From an uncultured Alphaproteobacteria bacterium (GTDB lineage: Bacteria > Pseudomonadota > Alphaproteobacteria > Rhizobiales > Xanthobacteraceae): a stretch of 64,000 nucleotides of DNA. Shown in pieces: positions 31,699 to 42,174 of this stretch; the stretch's first letter is position 1, and the number at the start of each line of letters is the position of its first letter. The notes under the pieces were generated by a model. It saw nothing but the letters and a program-made list of their open reading frames with translations. It had not been told where the DNA came from and searched no databases. The stretch covers positions 142,419 through 206,418 of the forward strand of contig CAVWDA010000035.1 in NCBI GenBank assembly GCA_963753455.1, given 5' to 3'. Both the position numbers and the translations under genes were made by a program.

Positions 31699-31805
31699 GT
31701 GATTTTTTCCTTGCCTAGGCCGCGGCGAATGCCGGGCACCTCCCGGCTTGGATATTGGTCCGGTTTGCGATCTATTTCCAAGGACAATCGTCGGGGAGGG
31801 CATGC

Positions 31806-32685
31806 ATGCAAGTCGGAGTGATCGGCGTCGGCCGCATGGGCAAGGCGATGGCGCGCAACCTGCTCAAGGCCGGGCACAGGCTGCATGTTTTCGATACGGC
31901 GAAAGAACCGCTGGAGGAATTGGAAAAGGAAGGCGCGGCAATCGCGGCCAGCGTCAAGGAGGCCTTCGCTTGCGACGCGGTAATCTCGATGCTGCCGAAC
32001 GACGATGCCATGCGCGCGGTCTTCGTCGACGGCAACGTTTTGCCCGCCGGCGGGACTTCGACCATCCACGTCAACATGGCGACCGCTTCGGTTGCCTGCG
32101 CCGAGGAGCTCACCGCTTTGCACCGCCAGCGCGGCGTACCTTATGTGGCGGCGACCGTGTGGGGCCGGCCGGATGTCGCCGCCGCGGCCGAGCTTTCCAT
32201 CGCGGTCGCCGGCGATGGCAAGGCGATCGATAAAGTGCAACCGCTGCTCGACGTCCTTGGCCAGCGGACCACGCGCGTCGGCGACGAGCCGCGCATGGCC
32301 AACGTCGCCAAGATCGCCGGTAACCTGCTGGTTGCTTCCGCCATCGAGGCCATGGGCGAAGCCGGCGGCGCTGGTGCGCGGCTACAGCATGTCGGCGCCC
32401 GACTTCCTCGATCTCATCGTCACCGCGTTGTTCGACGTGCCGGTCTATCGCGGCTATGCCGAGCAGATCGGCAGCGGCGTCTACGAACCGCCCGGCTTCG
32501 ACATGAAGCTCGGCTTCAAGGACGTGCGGCTGGCGCTGGCCGCGGGCGAGAAGGCCAATGTGCCGCTGCCCTTCGCCAATGTGCTGCGCGATGCATTCCT
32601 CGATGCGCTAGCGCACGGCGACGCCAACAAGGATTGGGCGGCGATCGCCAAGGTGGTGGCACGCCGGGCGGGGTTGGAAAGTTAG
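31806..32685 (+). CDS. Beta-hydroxyacid dehydrogenase (3-hydroxyisobutyrate DH family); frameshift ~32362
   Basis: GVGRMG, AKIAGN catalytic Lys; C-terminus FDMKLGFKD in ORF 32005-32685. Confidence 0.85.
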
Positions 32686-33867
32686 CTACGCCGCCTTTCG
32701 CGTGGACAGGAACTCGCCCATGCGGCCGAGCGCCTTCAAGATGTTCTCGGTCGAATTGGCGTAGCTCAGCCGCACATAGCCCTCGCCGAGAATGCCGAAA
32801 TCGGGCCCGCCGATAATGGCGACACCGGCATCTTCCAGCAGCGACGAGGCGAGCGGCTTCGCCTTCCAGCCGGTACGCTTGATGTTGGGGAAGGCATAGA
32901 ACGCGCCTTTCGGCGTCGCGCACGATACGCCGGGCAATTTGTTCAAGCCCTCGACCACGACTTTGCGGCGCTTGTCGAACTCGGCGACCATCTTGTGCAC
33001 TTCGTCCTGCGGACCTTTCAAGGCCGCGAGCCCCGCATATTGCGCGGACGCGTTGACGCAGGAATGCAGATTGACCGCGAGCTTGCGCGCATAGTCGTAG
33101 AGCTTGCCCGGCCACACCGCGTAGCCGAGCCGCCAGCCGGTCATCGCATAAGTCTTCGACCAGCCGTTGAGCAGGATCAGCCGGTCACGAATTTGCGGAT
33201 ACGTGAGCAGGCAGACATGCGTCTCGCCGTCATAGACCATGTGGTCGTAGATCTCGTCCGACATGATGCAGACGTCCGGCCACTTCTCGAGGCCGGCGAC
33301 CAGCTTGTCGACTTCGGCTTTGCCGGTGACGCCACCGGTCGGATTGGCCGGCGAATTGAGAATCAACAGCCGGGTCTTCGGCGTGATCAGCTTGAGCGTC
33401 TCGTCCGCTGAGAAAGCAAAGCTATTCTCCTCGCGGATCGGCACCGGCACGGGCTTCGCCCCGGTGAACTCGATCATCGAACGGTAGATCGGGAAGCCAG
33501 GATCGGGATACATGATCTCGACGCCCGGTTCGCCGAACATCAGGATCGACATGAACATGGTCGGCTTGCCGCCGGGCATGATCATCACCGAGTCGGGGGA
33601 GACTTCGACGCCGAAGCGTTTGTGCAGATCGGCGGCCACCGCCTCCCTAAGGGGCGGAATGCCGGTCGCCGGCGTGTAGCCGTGATGGCCGTCGCGCAGC
33701 GCCTTCACGGCCGCCTCGACAATGAAATCCGGTGTACGGAAATCCGGCTGGCCGATGCCGAGATTGATGATGTCGCGGCCTTGCGCGATCAGGGCGTTGG
33801 CTCGGGCGAGCACCGCAAAGGCGTTTTCCTCGCCGATGCGGTCGAAGGCCGCGATCGTTTTCAGCAT
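32686..33867 (-). CDS. PLP-dependent aminotransferase class I/II (aspartate aminotransferase-like)
   Basis: LGIGQPDF, NSPANPTG, SDEIY, SKTYAMTGWRLG. Confidence 0.93.
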   Translation of the reverse strand: MLKTIAAFDRIGEENAFAVLARANALIAQGRDIINLGIGQPDFRTPDFIVEAAVKALRDGHHGYTPATGIPPLREAVAADLHKRFGVEVSPDSVMIMPGGKPTMFMSILMFGEPGVEIMYPDPGFPIYRSMIEFTGAKPVPVPIREENSFAFSADETLKLITPKTRLLILNSPANPTGGVTGKAEVDKLVAGLEKWPDVCIMSDEIYDHMVYDGETHVCLLTYPQIRDRLILLNGWSKTYAMTGWRLGYAVWPGKLYDYARKLAVNLHSCVNASAQYAGLAALKGPQDEVHKMVAEFDKRRKVVVEGLNKLPGVSCATPKGAFYAFPNIKRTGWKAKPLASSLLEDAGVAIIGGPDFGILGEGYVRLSYANSTENILKALGRMGEFLSTRKAA

Positions 33868-33943
33868 GGCATTGGCTCCCGGCCGAATTCGCGGGCAGTT
33901 CACCCGATCGGGGGCGGAAAATCAAATGGGAAGCGGCCGGCGG

Positions 33944-34216
33944 TCAGGGTTCACCGCCATAGTGGGCGCCCAGGTCGCGCAGGAGCTGCGAGCGGATGAA
34001 TGGGTCGGGATCGTCGCCGAGATAATCGTTGGCATTATAGATCGGGCCGGCCGGAAACAGGTTTAGCCCACGGTAGCCGGATTTTGCAGCGGCGGCATGT
34101 GCCTGCAGATGTTTCTTGTGCTTGTGCACGCTAACAGCATCGACCGGCGTGGCGGCAGCCAGTACCAACGCGAGAACGCCGAACGATCCCACCAGCCTGA
34201 GCGCAAACGATGCCAT
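33944..34216 (-). CDS. Small exported hypothetical protein
   Basis: Signal peptide, HKHKKH, C-terminal YLGDDPDPFIRSQLLRD. Confidence 0.65.
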   Translation of the reverse strand: MASFALRLVGSFGVLALVLAAATPVDAVSVHKHKKHLQAHAAAAKSGYRGLNLFPAGPIYNANDYLGDDPDPFIRSQLLRDLGAHYGGEP

Positions 34217-34450
34217 GGAGCACCCTTTCATCGCGTCGCGAACAAATGCATATCCCGCCGGCGCGGCGAAACAAGGGCGCGGCCAGGCGATTTCGATCAC
34301 AACTCGGTGTCGGAATAGTTGCGGCCGGCAGGGGTTAAACGCGCCGCCAGCGCGCTGTCATAATTCGAAAGCCAGCCACGAGCCCGATTGCAATCGTCGT
34401 TGGGTTCGGCGCATCCTTACGCCAAATTTGTCGAGGCGACGGGAACCGCG

Positions 34451-35548
34451 ATGGGCATTCGGGCGGCCAACCGAGACTACGAACGCTGGCTTGCGCGCCA
34501 GCTCCATGGCGAAGTCATCGACGGCGATCTCGACAGAAAGCACAAGAAAATGGGCGAGAGCGCCTTCGGCTTTCTGCGCGCCACCTATTGGCGCTGGGCC
34601 GAGACTATTCTCAATGTCTGCCCCGACCTCGCCAACGCGCCGCCCGTGCTAGCGGTGGGCGACATCCACCTGGAAAATTTCGGCACGTGGCGCGACGAGG
34701 AAGGCCGCCTGATCTGGGGCGTCAACGACTACGACGAAGCCGCCGAGATGCCCTATATTCTCGACCTTGTGCGGCTGGCGACCAGCGCGGCACTGGCGAC
34801 AACGCCAACCCAGATTTCGCTCAAGGCGATCTGTGCGAATATCCTGGAAGGCTACGAGCACGGCCTCGAAATCCCCGAGGCATTCGTGCTTGACCGCCAG
34901 CACATGTGGCTGCGCACGTGCTTCGTGGTGAGCGAAGCCGAACGCGCCGTGTTCTGGCAGAAGATCGAGAACCAGTATCACGAGCTGCTGGCGAAAAAGA
35001 AAGCCGAGCAGCCGCCTGTCCGCTGGCTCAAGTTGTTTGCCGCAGCGCTGCCGGACGATTTGATTACGCTCGCCTATTGGCGGCGCACCGCGGGCACCGG
35101 CAGCCTCGGCCGCCCGCGCTGGCTCGGCTACGGCACCTGGCGCGCCGGCCCGCTGCTGCGTGAGGCCAAGGCGCTGGTGCCATCCGGCTGGACCCGCGCG
35201 CATGGCAACGGCGCGCGACTGCGCCTGAACGACATCGCGCTCGGCAAATACCGTGCACCCGACCCGTGGTACAAAGCGAGCGGAAACCTGCTAATGCGGC
35301 GGCTGTCGCCGAATAACCGCAAAATCGACGTGGAGGACCGGCGCGACGCCGCCCGTCTACTGCATCCCGACCTGCTCTGGGCCATGGGCCGCGACCTCGC
35401 CGCCATCCATCTCGGCGCGCGCGACCGCCGCGACGCGCTGCGCAAGGACCTGGAAAAGCGCAAGCGGCGCTGGTTTCGCGCTCACGTCGAAACCGCGACG
35501 GAATTTGTCGCCCGCGAATACGCAGAGTGGAAAAAATCGGTTAAATAG
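34451..35548 (+). CDS. DUF2252 family kinase-fold protein
   Basis: FGFLRATY, GDIHLENFG, NDYDEA, AGTGSLGRPR. Confidence 0.85.
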   Translation: MGIRAANRDYERWLARQLHGEVIDGDLDRKHKKMGESAFGFLRATYWRWAETILNVCPDLANAPPVLAVGDIHLENFGTWRDEEGRLIWGVNDYDEAAEMPYILDLVRLATSAALATTPTQISLKAICANILEGYEHGLEIPEAFVLDRQHMWLRTCFVVSEAERAVFWQKIENQYHELLAKKKAEQPPVRWLKLFAAALPDDLITLAYWRRTAGTGSLGRPRWLGYGTWRAGPLLREAKALVPSGWTRAHGNGARLRLNDIALGKYRAPDPWYKASGNLLMRRLSPNNRKIDVEDRRDAARLLHPDLLWAMGRDLAAIHLGARDRRDALRKDLEKRKRRWFRAHVETATEFVAREYAEWKKSVK

Positions 35549-35584
35549 CTTCCGCCACCGGCTGCGCGATCGCGAAGGTTTCCC

Positions 35585-36424
35585 ATGAGCCCCACCGACA
35601 AACGCCGCACGTTTCGTGCGCTGCACCGAAGCGGCTGCTTCGTCATTCCCAATCCGTGGAATGTCGGTACCGCCCGCTATCTGCAGGGGCTCGGCTTCAA
35701 GGCGTTGGCAACCACCTCATCGGGCTTCGCCCATTCGCAGGGTTACGCCGACGGGGCGCAATCTCGCGACCAGGTTCTTGCTCATTTCGCCGAGATCGCC
35801 GCAGCCGCCGACGTCCCGGTCAACGCCGACTTTGAAAATGGCTTTGCCGACGAGCTTGGCGGCCTGGCCGAGAACGTAACGCGCTGCATCGCGACCGGCG
35901 TCGCCGGCTTGTCGATCGAGGATGCGACCGGCGATCCCGACCAGCCGCTCTACGATTTCGATGTCGCGCTTGCACGCGTAAAGGCCGCCCGTGCGGCAAT
36001 CGACAAGGCCGGCGGCGACGTGGTGTTCACCGCGCGCACCGAGGGTTTCATCCGCGGCCGGCCTGACCTGGATGAAACCATCCGCCGTCTGAAAGCCTTC
36101 GCGGACGCCGGCGCCGATTGTCTATATTCGCCCGGCATCAAGATCCGCGAGCAGATCGAAGCGACCGTCAAGGCGGTCGCGCCGAAGCCCATCAATTTTC
36201 TCAACAGCGGCGCCTTCGGCTTCACTGTCAAAGACCTTGCCGAGATGGGCGTGCGCCGTATCAGCGTCGGCGGCACGCTGGCGCGCGTCGCCATGCACGC
36301 TTTCATCAAATCGGCGATCGAGATCGCCAAGGACGGCAAGTTCGACAGTTTTGCCGGCGTGATACCGAATCCTGAACTCAATAAATTCTTCCACGACGAT
36401 TTGCCGCAGCGGCCGAAAACGTGA
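35585..36424 (+). CDS. Isocitrate lyase/PEP mutase family protein
   Basis: PNPWNVG, ATTSSG, NADFENG, SIED, AGADCLY. Confidence 0.9.
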   Translation: MSPTDKRRTFRALHRSGCFVIPNPWNVGTARYLQGLGFKALATTSSGFAHSQGYADGAQSRDQVLAHFAEIAAAADVPVNADFENGFADELGGLAENVTRCIATGVAGLSIEDATGDPDQPLYDFDVALARVKAARAAIDKAGGDVVFTARTEGFIRGRPDLDETIRRLKAFADAGADCLYSPGIKIREQIEATVKAVAPKPINFLNSGAFGFTVKDLAEMGVRRISVGGTLARVAMHAFIKSAIEIAKDGKFDSFAGVIPNPELNKFFHDDLPQRPKT

Positions 36425-37128
36425 GCGAACACCACCATCCGCATAGCGGCCAGCCGGTCGGTGAACCTGTGAACGGGCCGCCGGGCCAGCGCCCCGGCCC
36501 GGTCACGCTCACCGGCCGTTTCGGACGGCTGGAAAAGCTCGCGCCCGCGCATGCCGCAGGGCTGTGGCAGGCGGTCAAAGATCACGATCGGATATGGACT
36601 TACATGCCGAGCTATTCGGCATTTGCCGACGCCAACGCGTTCGCGGGCTGGGTCGCCGCGCGGGCGGCGCTCGAGGACCCCTATTCCTACGCGATCGTCG
36701 AGCCGCAAGGCCGCGCGCTCGGTATCACGACGCTGATGGAGATTCGCCCGACTATGCGGGTGATCGAGGTCGGTCACGTCGTCTATTCGCCCGCGCTGCA
36801 GCGCACGCCGCTCGCGACCGAGGTGCAATATCTGCTGGCGCGCTATGCATTCGAAATGCTGGGCTACCGGCGTTATGAATGGAAATGCGACGCACTGAAC
36901 GTCCCCTCGCGGCGCGCCGCCTTGCGCTTCGGCTTCGCGTTTGAGGGCATCTTGCGCCAACACATGATCGCCAAAGGCCGCAATCGCGACACCGCCTGGT
37001 TCTCGATGCTCGATAACGAGTGGCCGGTGCGCAAGCTTACATTCGAGCGCTGGCTGGCGCCGGAAAATTTCACAGCCGACGGCCGGCAAAAGTCGAGCCT
37101 GAGCACGCTGAGCGGCATCATCGAATGA
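36421..37128 (+). CDS. GNAT (RimJ/RimL-like) N-acetyltransferase
   Basis: IEVGHV, GYRRYEWKCDALN, GRNRDTAWFS. Confidence 0.9.
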   Translation: MSEHHHPHSGQPVGEPVNGPPGQRPGPVTLTGRFGRLEKLAPAHAAGLWQAVKDHDRIWTYMPSYSAFADANAFAGWVAARAALEDPYSYAIVEPQGRALGITTLMEIRPTMRVIEVGHVVYSPALQRTPLATEVQYLLARYAFEMLGYRRYEWKCDALNVPSRRAALRFGFAFEGILRQHMIAKGRNRDTAWFSMLDNEWPVRKLTFERWLAPENFTADGRQKSSLSTLSGIIE

Positions 37129-38380
37129 CGGCGTCTGCAGACCTCCGCGCCCGGTCTGCTGCGGCAGCGGCCCTTCGTCCTGTTCTGGCTGGCGCGCGTA
37201 TGCACGACAGCCGGCTACCAGATGATGGCGCTGGTGATCGCCTGGCAGCTTTATGAGCTGACCAACAGCGCCTTCGATCTCGGCTTGATCGGATTGATTC
37301 AATTTATGCCGGCTGTGATTTTGACACTGCTGATCGGACATGCCGCCGACCGCTACGACCGCCGCTTCATTATTCGGGTGGCACAAGGCGTCTATGCGCT
37401 CGCTGCGGCGCTGATCACCACAGCGCTTGCCGCCCATGCGCTCAGCCGAGAGCTCTTGTTCAGTGTCGTATTCTTGATCGGCTGCGCGCGCGCCTTCGAG
37501 GTGCCGACCGGCAGCGCGCTGGTTCCGGCATTGGTGCCGGCGCCCCTGGTCGCCCGCGCCGTCGGCGGTTGGACCTCCGCCAACCAGGTAGCCGTAATCA
37601 GTGGGCCGGCGTTGGGCGGGCTGATCTACGCCGCAAGCCCTGTCGCGGTCGCCGCGCTCTGCGTGCTGTTCTTTTGCACCTCCATCACCTTGGTCAGTTT
37701 CATCGTCGCCAAGGGGCCGGTCCGCGGCCCATGAGCCGCCGACCTTCGCATCGGTATTGGCCGGCTTCAAATTCATCGGCACGCGGCGACGACTCCTGGG
37801 CGTTGTCACGCTCGACCTGTTTGTGGTTCTCCTCGGAGGCGTGACCGCTCTGCTGCCAGTTTTTGCGCGGGACATATTGGCGGTGGGGCCGATCGGGCTC
37901 GGCCTGCTGCGATCGGCGCCTGCGGCGGGCGCGCTGATTACGGCCGTGGTGCTCTCGCACTATCCGGTCGAACGGTACATCGGCCTCAAAATGTTCGCCG
38001 TGGTAGCGATCTACGGCGTAACCACCATCGTATTTGGATTGTCGACATGGTTTCCGCTCTCGCTGATCGCGCTCGCCATGCTTGGCGCGGCCGATGCCTT
38101 GAGCGTCGTGATCCGCTTTTCGCTGGTTCAGATCGAGACGCCGGACGCCATGCGCGGCCGCGTGAGCGCCATCAACTACCTGTTCGTCGGTTCGTCCAAT
38201 ACCTTGGGCGATTTCGAATCCGGCACTGTCGCCGCCTGGCTGGGCGCGGTCCCTTCGGTGCTGATCGGCGGCATCGGCGCACTGCTAATCACCGGCATTT
38301 GGATGCTAATATTCCCCGATCTGCGCCGCATCGACCGTTTCGAGCCGGCCGATAAAGAAAAGACCGGAGGAACGCTGAAT
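37125..38380 (+). CDS. MFS transporter (frameshifts ~37145, ~37730; 3' end uncertain)
   Basis: ORFs 37222-37734 (GHAADRYDRR) and 37757-38491 (TPDAMRGRVSA) are the two halves of a 12-TM MFS protein. Confidence 0.8.
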
Positions 38381-39360
38381 GCATATTCTCATCACCGGCG
38401 CGGCCGGCATGATCGGCCGCAAGCTGACCGATCGGCTCGTCATCGACCGCGCGCTCGGCGACCAGCCGATCGAAAAATTAACATTGATTGATATTGTCGC
38501 GCCGGCACGGCCTACAGGCTTTTCCGATCACGTCAAGACCCGTGCTGCCGATCTCGCCGCGCCGGGCACTGCGGAAAAGGCGGTCTCGGAGAAAGCCGGA
38601 TGTAATCTTTCATCTCGCCGGCGTGGTATCGGGTGAGGCGGAAACCGATTTCGAGAAGGGCTATCGCGTCAATCTCGACGGCACACGAGCGCTGCTGGAG
38701 GCAATTCGCGCCGTCGGCAATGACTACAAGCCGAAAGTCGTGTTCACTTCGTCGATCGCAGTATTCGGCGCGCCATTTCCGGAAGCCATCGCCGACGACT
38801 TTCATCTCACGCCGCTGACCTCTTATGGCACCCAGAAGGCGATGTGCGAATTGCTGCTCGCCGACTATACGCGGCGCGGCATCCTGGAAGGCGTCGGCAT
38901 ACGGCTGCCGTCCATCGTGGTGCGGCCGGGGAAGCCGAACAAGGCGGCGTCGGGATTCTTCTCCGGTATCATCCGCGAGCCGCTGGCCGGGCAGGAGGCG
39001 ATCCTGCCGGTCGCCGACAGCGTGCTGCACTGGCATGCCAGCCCGCGTTCGGCGGTCGGATTTCTCACCCATGCGGCCGGCTTGACGCGCGCGCAATTAG
39101 GCGACCGCATCAACCTCACCATGCCCGGCGTGTGCTGCACGGTCGGCGAGCAGATCGCGGCGCTGCGGCGTATTGCCGGCGACAAGGTCGCCGACCGCAT
39201 TCGCCGCGAGCCGGACGATCTGGTCGAACGCATCGTCGCCGGCTGGCCGCGCCGTTTTGAGCCGCGCCGGGCGATCGCGTTAGGCTTCAAGGTAGAAGCC
39301 ACATTCGACGATATCATTCGCGCGCATATCGAGGACGAGCTGGGGGGCAAGATCGCCTAG
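38379..39360 (+). CDS. denD: D-erythronate dehydrogenase-like NAD-dependent epimerase (frameshift ~38592)
   Basis: ITGAAGMIG; FHLAGVVSGEAE, SYGTQK, RPGKPNKAASGFFSGIIREPL. Confidence 0.8.
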
Positions 39361-39410
39361 CGCTCACGAATGCTCGCGCGCCATGCGCCGCAAACCTTAC
39401 ATTAGCAGCC

Positions 39411-40235
39411 ATGACCTACGTCGACGCCACCATCGCCCCCCTCCGCAAGACCGGACAGATCAAGATCCACGGCCCCGAAGCCTTCGAGGGCATGCGCAAG
39501 GCTGGGCAACTGGTTGCGCGCTGCCTCGATATGCTGGTCGAGCACGTCGGACCGGGCGTGCCGACCGAAAAGATCGACCGGCTGGTATTCGACTACGCGA
39601 TGGATCACGGCGCGCTCCCCGCGACGCTTATGTATCGCGGCTACAAGAAATCGACCTGCACGTCGCTCAACCACGTGGTCTGCCATGGCATTCCTGGCGA
39701 CAAGCCGCTCAAGGACGGCGACATCATCAATATCGACGTGACGCTGATCCTCGATGGCTGGCATGGCGACTCCAGCCGCATGTACACCATCGGCGAAATC
39801 CCGCGCCGCGCCGAGCGGCTGATCGAGGTGACGCACGAGGCCATGATGCGCGGCATCACCACCATCCGGCCCGGCTCGACCACCGGCGACATCGGCGCCG
39901 CGATCCAGAGCTATGTCGAGGCCCAGCACATGAGCGTGGTGCGCGACTTCTGCGGCCACGGCCTCGGCCGCCTGTTCCACGACGAACCCAACATCGTCCA
40001 TATCGGCCGCCCCGGCGAAGGCATCGTTCTGCGGCCCGGCATGTTCTTCACCGTCGAGCCGATGATCAACATCGGCCGTCCGCACGTGAAGGTGCTGTCC
40101 GACGGTTGGACCGCGGTGACGCGCGACCGCTCGCTGTCGGCGCAGTTCGAGCATACCGTCGGCGTCACCGACAAAGGCGTCGAGGTGTTCACCTTCTCGC
40201 CGGCCGGACTCGACAAGCCGCCTTATAAGCGCTGA
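39411..40235 (+). CDS. map: Methionine aminopeptidase type I
   Basis: VCHGIP, DVT..GWHGD, CGHGLG..FHDEP, TVEPMIN, SAQFEHT. Confidence 0.97.
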   Translation: MTYVDATIAPLRKTGQIKIHGPEAFEGMRKAGQLVARCLDMLVEHVGPGVPTEKIDRLVFDYAMDHGALPATLMYRGYKKSTCTSLNHVVCHGIPGDKPLKDGDIINIDVTLILDGWHGDSSRMYTIGEIPRRAERLIEVTHEAMMRGITTIRPGSTTGDIGAAIQSYVEAQHMSVVRDFCGHGLGRLFHDEPNIVHIGRPGEGIVLRPGMFFTVEPMINIGRPHVKVLSDGWTAVTRDRSLSAQFEHTVGVTDKGVEVFTFSPAGLDKPPYKR

Positions 40236-40328
40236 TGGTACCTCACAATTTTATGCGGCTACCCTCGTCGATTGCATTCGGCTGAACTACACTCAAACCG
40301 TTCTCAGGCGGTGTGGGCGTCGAGCATC

Positions 40329-41039
40329 ATGGCCGAAAAACACGCGAAGCGCGGATTGTCCGAGGCGCCGCCGCACTATTACGGCCACCGCGAGCGGCTG
40401 CGCTCCGCTTCCGCGAGGCCAGGGCCGGCGCCGTGAGCGACTACGAGTTGCTCGAGCTGGTGCTGTTCCGCGCCATTCCGCAGCGCGACGTCAAGCCGCT
40501 GGCCAAGGAACTCATCGCCAAATTCGGCTCCATTGCCGAAGTCGTGGCAGCGCCGGCGCGCACGGCTAAAGGAAATCAAAGGTGTCGGTGAAGCCGCCGT
40601 CGACGAGATCAAAGTGGTGCATGCCGCGGCCAGCCGCCTGGCGGGCGGTCAGGTGCAGAAACGGCCGTTGCTGTCGTCTTGGTCGAGCGTGCTCGATTAC
40701 TGCCGTATGGCGCGGGCTTTCGCCGACAAGGAGCAGTTCCGCGTGCTGTTCCTCGACAAACGCAACCAGTTGATCGCCGACGAAGTACAGCAGACCGGCA
40801 CCGTCGATCATACGCCGGTCTATCCGCGCGAAGTGGTCAAGCGCGCGCTCGAATTATCGGCGACTGCGCTGATCCTGGTGCACAACCATCTTTCGGGCGA
40901 TCCAACGCCGTCGGGCGCGGACATTCAGATGACGCAGGCGATCGTCGACGTTGCCAAGCCGCTTGGCATTGCCGTGCACGACCACATTATCGTCGGCAAG
41001 GAAGGGCACGCGAGCTTCAAGGGACTCAGGCTGATCTAG
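40329..41039 (+). CDS. radC: RadC/JAB-domain protein (frameshifts ~40403, ~40558)
   Basis: GHRERLR / [18 protein letters not shown] / [22 protein letters not shown]. Confidence 0.88.
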
Positions 41040-41258
41040 TGACCTCAGATTTTGGGAACAGGCTGGACCTATCGCCGATACGATGTCCCTACTGCGTGAA
41101 GGACGGTTAACGAATTTATGTCGGTGCGGCCAATTTGAGGAAAACGCAATATGTCGGCGGCTTATTGCCGAAAACCGCTCTCTGCCGGTTAAGACTAATT
41201 TCAACCAGTCAACGCATCATAGCGGGAGCTTTGCTTCTCATCACGAGAGAGGGCACCA

Positions 41259-42167
41259 ATGGCGATCACTGAATTGAACAGCCCCACTGATTCTGCCGCC
41301 GCAGAACAGCGGTCGTCTCAATTTCAAGAATCGCTCTTGGAGACGGCGACACATTGCGGCTTAAGCGCGGCCTATAGCCTAAGGAAAAACGGACTGCGTC
41401 ACCTACTACCCTATTGGCGGCGATGGCTGGCCGAATGCGTTATGCCGCGGCGTGAATTGCCCGACCCTGAGCAGCCTTTCGATAGCGATGGAAGGGCCGG
41501 ACTCGTCTACGATCTTTCCGTACCGACACTGATAGCGGCGTATCAGCGCGGCATCTACACAGCGGGACATTTCGGTACCCTTGCCTGGATGTCGCCGCCG
41601 CAGCGTTGCGTCCTATTCTTGCATGAATTCCATATGGCGAAGCGGCTGCGCCAATTCATGCGCCAAGGCCATTATACCGTCACGTTCGATCGCGACTTCG
41701 AGGGTGTCATCAGGGCCTGCGCCGGCCGACGCCAAGGCCGCTGGCACGTCACCTGGATCACGCCGTGCATCATGCGCACCTATGCGGCGCTCCGCGATGC
41801 AGGTCATATCCACTCGTTCGAAGTCTGGAACGGCAAAGGCGAACTGGTCGGCGGTGGCTACGGCGTGGCACTCGGCCGAATATTTTTTACCGAGTCGCAA
41901 TTCTCCCACGAAGACAATACGTCGAAACTCGGCTTTTCCGTGCTGAATTGGCATCTCGCACGCTGGGGCTACAGCCTCAACGACGGCAAAAATCCAACGC
42001 CGACAATCCTCGCCATGGGCTTCCGCTCGATTCCCCGCGCGGAGTTCCTCGGCTGCCTCGCCGACAATATCCGTTCAGGCGGCAAAGCGGGACGCTGGGA
42101 GATCGAAGCCGATCCGATGACGGTCGCGAAGTGGCAGCCCGGCACGGCCTTGTCGCCGGCCGAATAA
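41259..42167 (+). CDS. aat: Leucyl/phenylalanyl-tRNA-protein transferase-like protein
   Basis: LIAAYQRG, FDRDFEGVIRAC, TWIT, HSFEVW..LVGGGYG, FFTESQFS, SKL. Confidence 0.82.
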   Translation: MAITELNSPTDSAAAEQRSSQFQESLLETATHCGLSAAYSLRKNGLRHLLPYWRRWLAECVMPRRELPDPEQPFDSDGRAGLVYDLSVPTLIAAYQRGIYTAGHFGTLAWMSPPQRCVLFLHEFHMAKRLRQFMRQGHYTVTFDRDFEGVIRACAGRRQGRWHVTWITPCIMRTYAALRDAGHIHSFEVWNGKGELVGGGYGVALGRIFFTESQFSHEDNTSKLGFSVLNWHLARWGYSLNDGKNPTPTILAMGFRSIPRAEFLGCLADNIRSGGKAGRWEIEADPMTVAKWQPGTALSPAE

Positions 42168-42174
42168 AGCGCGC

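Noticed and set aside
38379-38491. 113-nt overlap between the MFS ORF and denD
   Set aside because: Probably an indel removed the MFS stop near 38360-38380; the extension is not protein-like
40329-41039. radC as a mobile-element marker or integration site; HNHLSG instead of HNHPSG
   Set aside because: It is the long chromosomal form next to map with no integrase or att repeat; the single substitution cannot be trusted given the error rate
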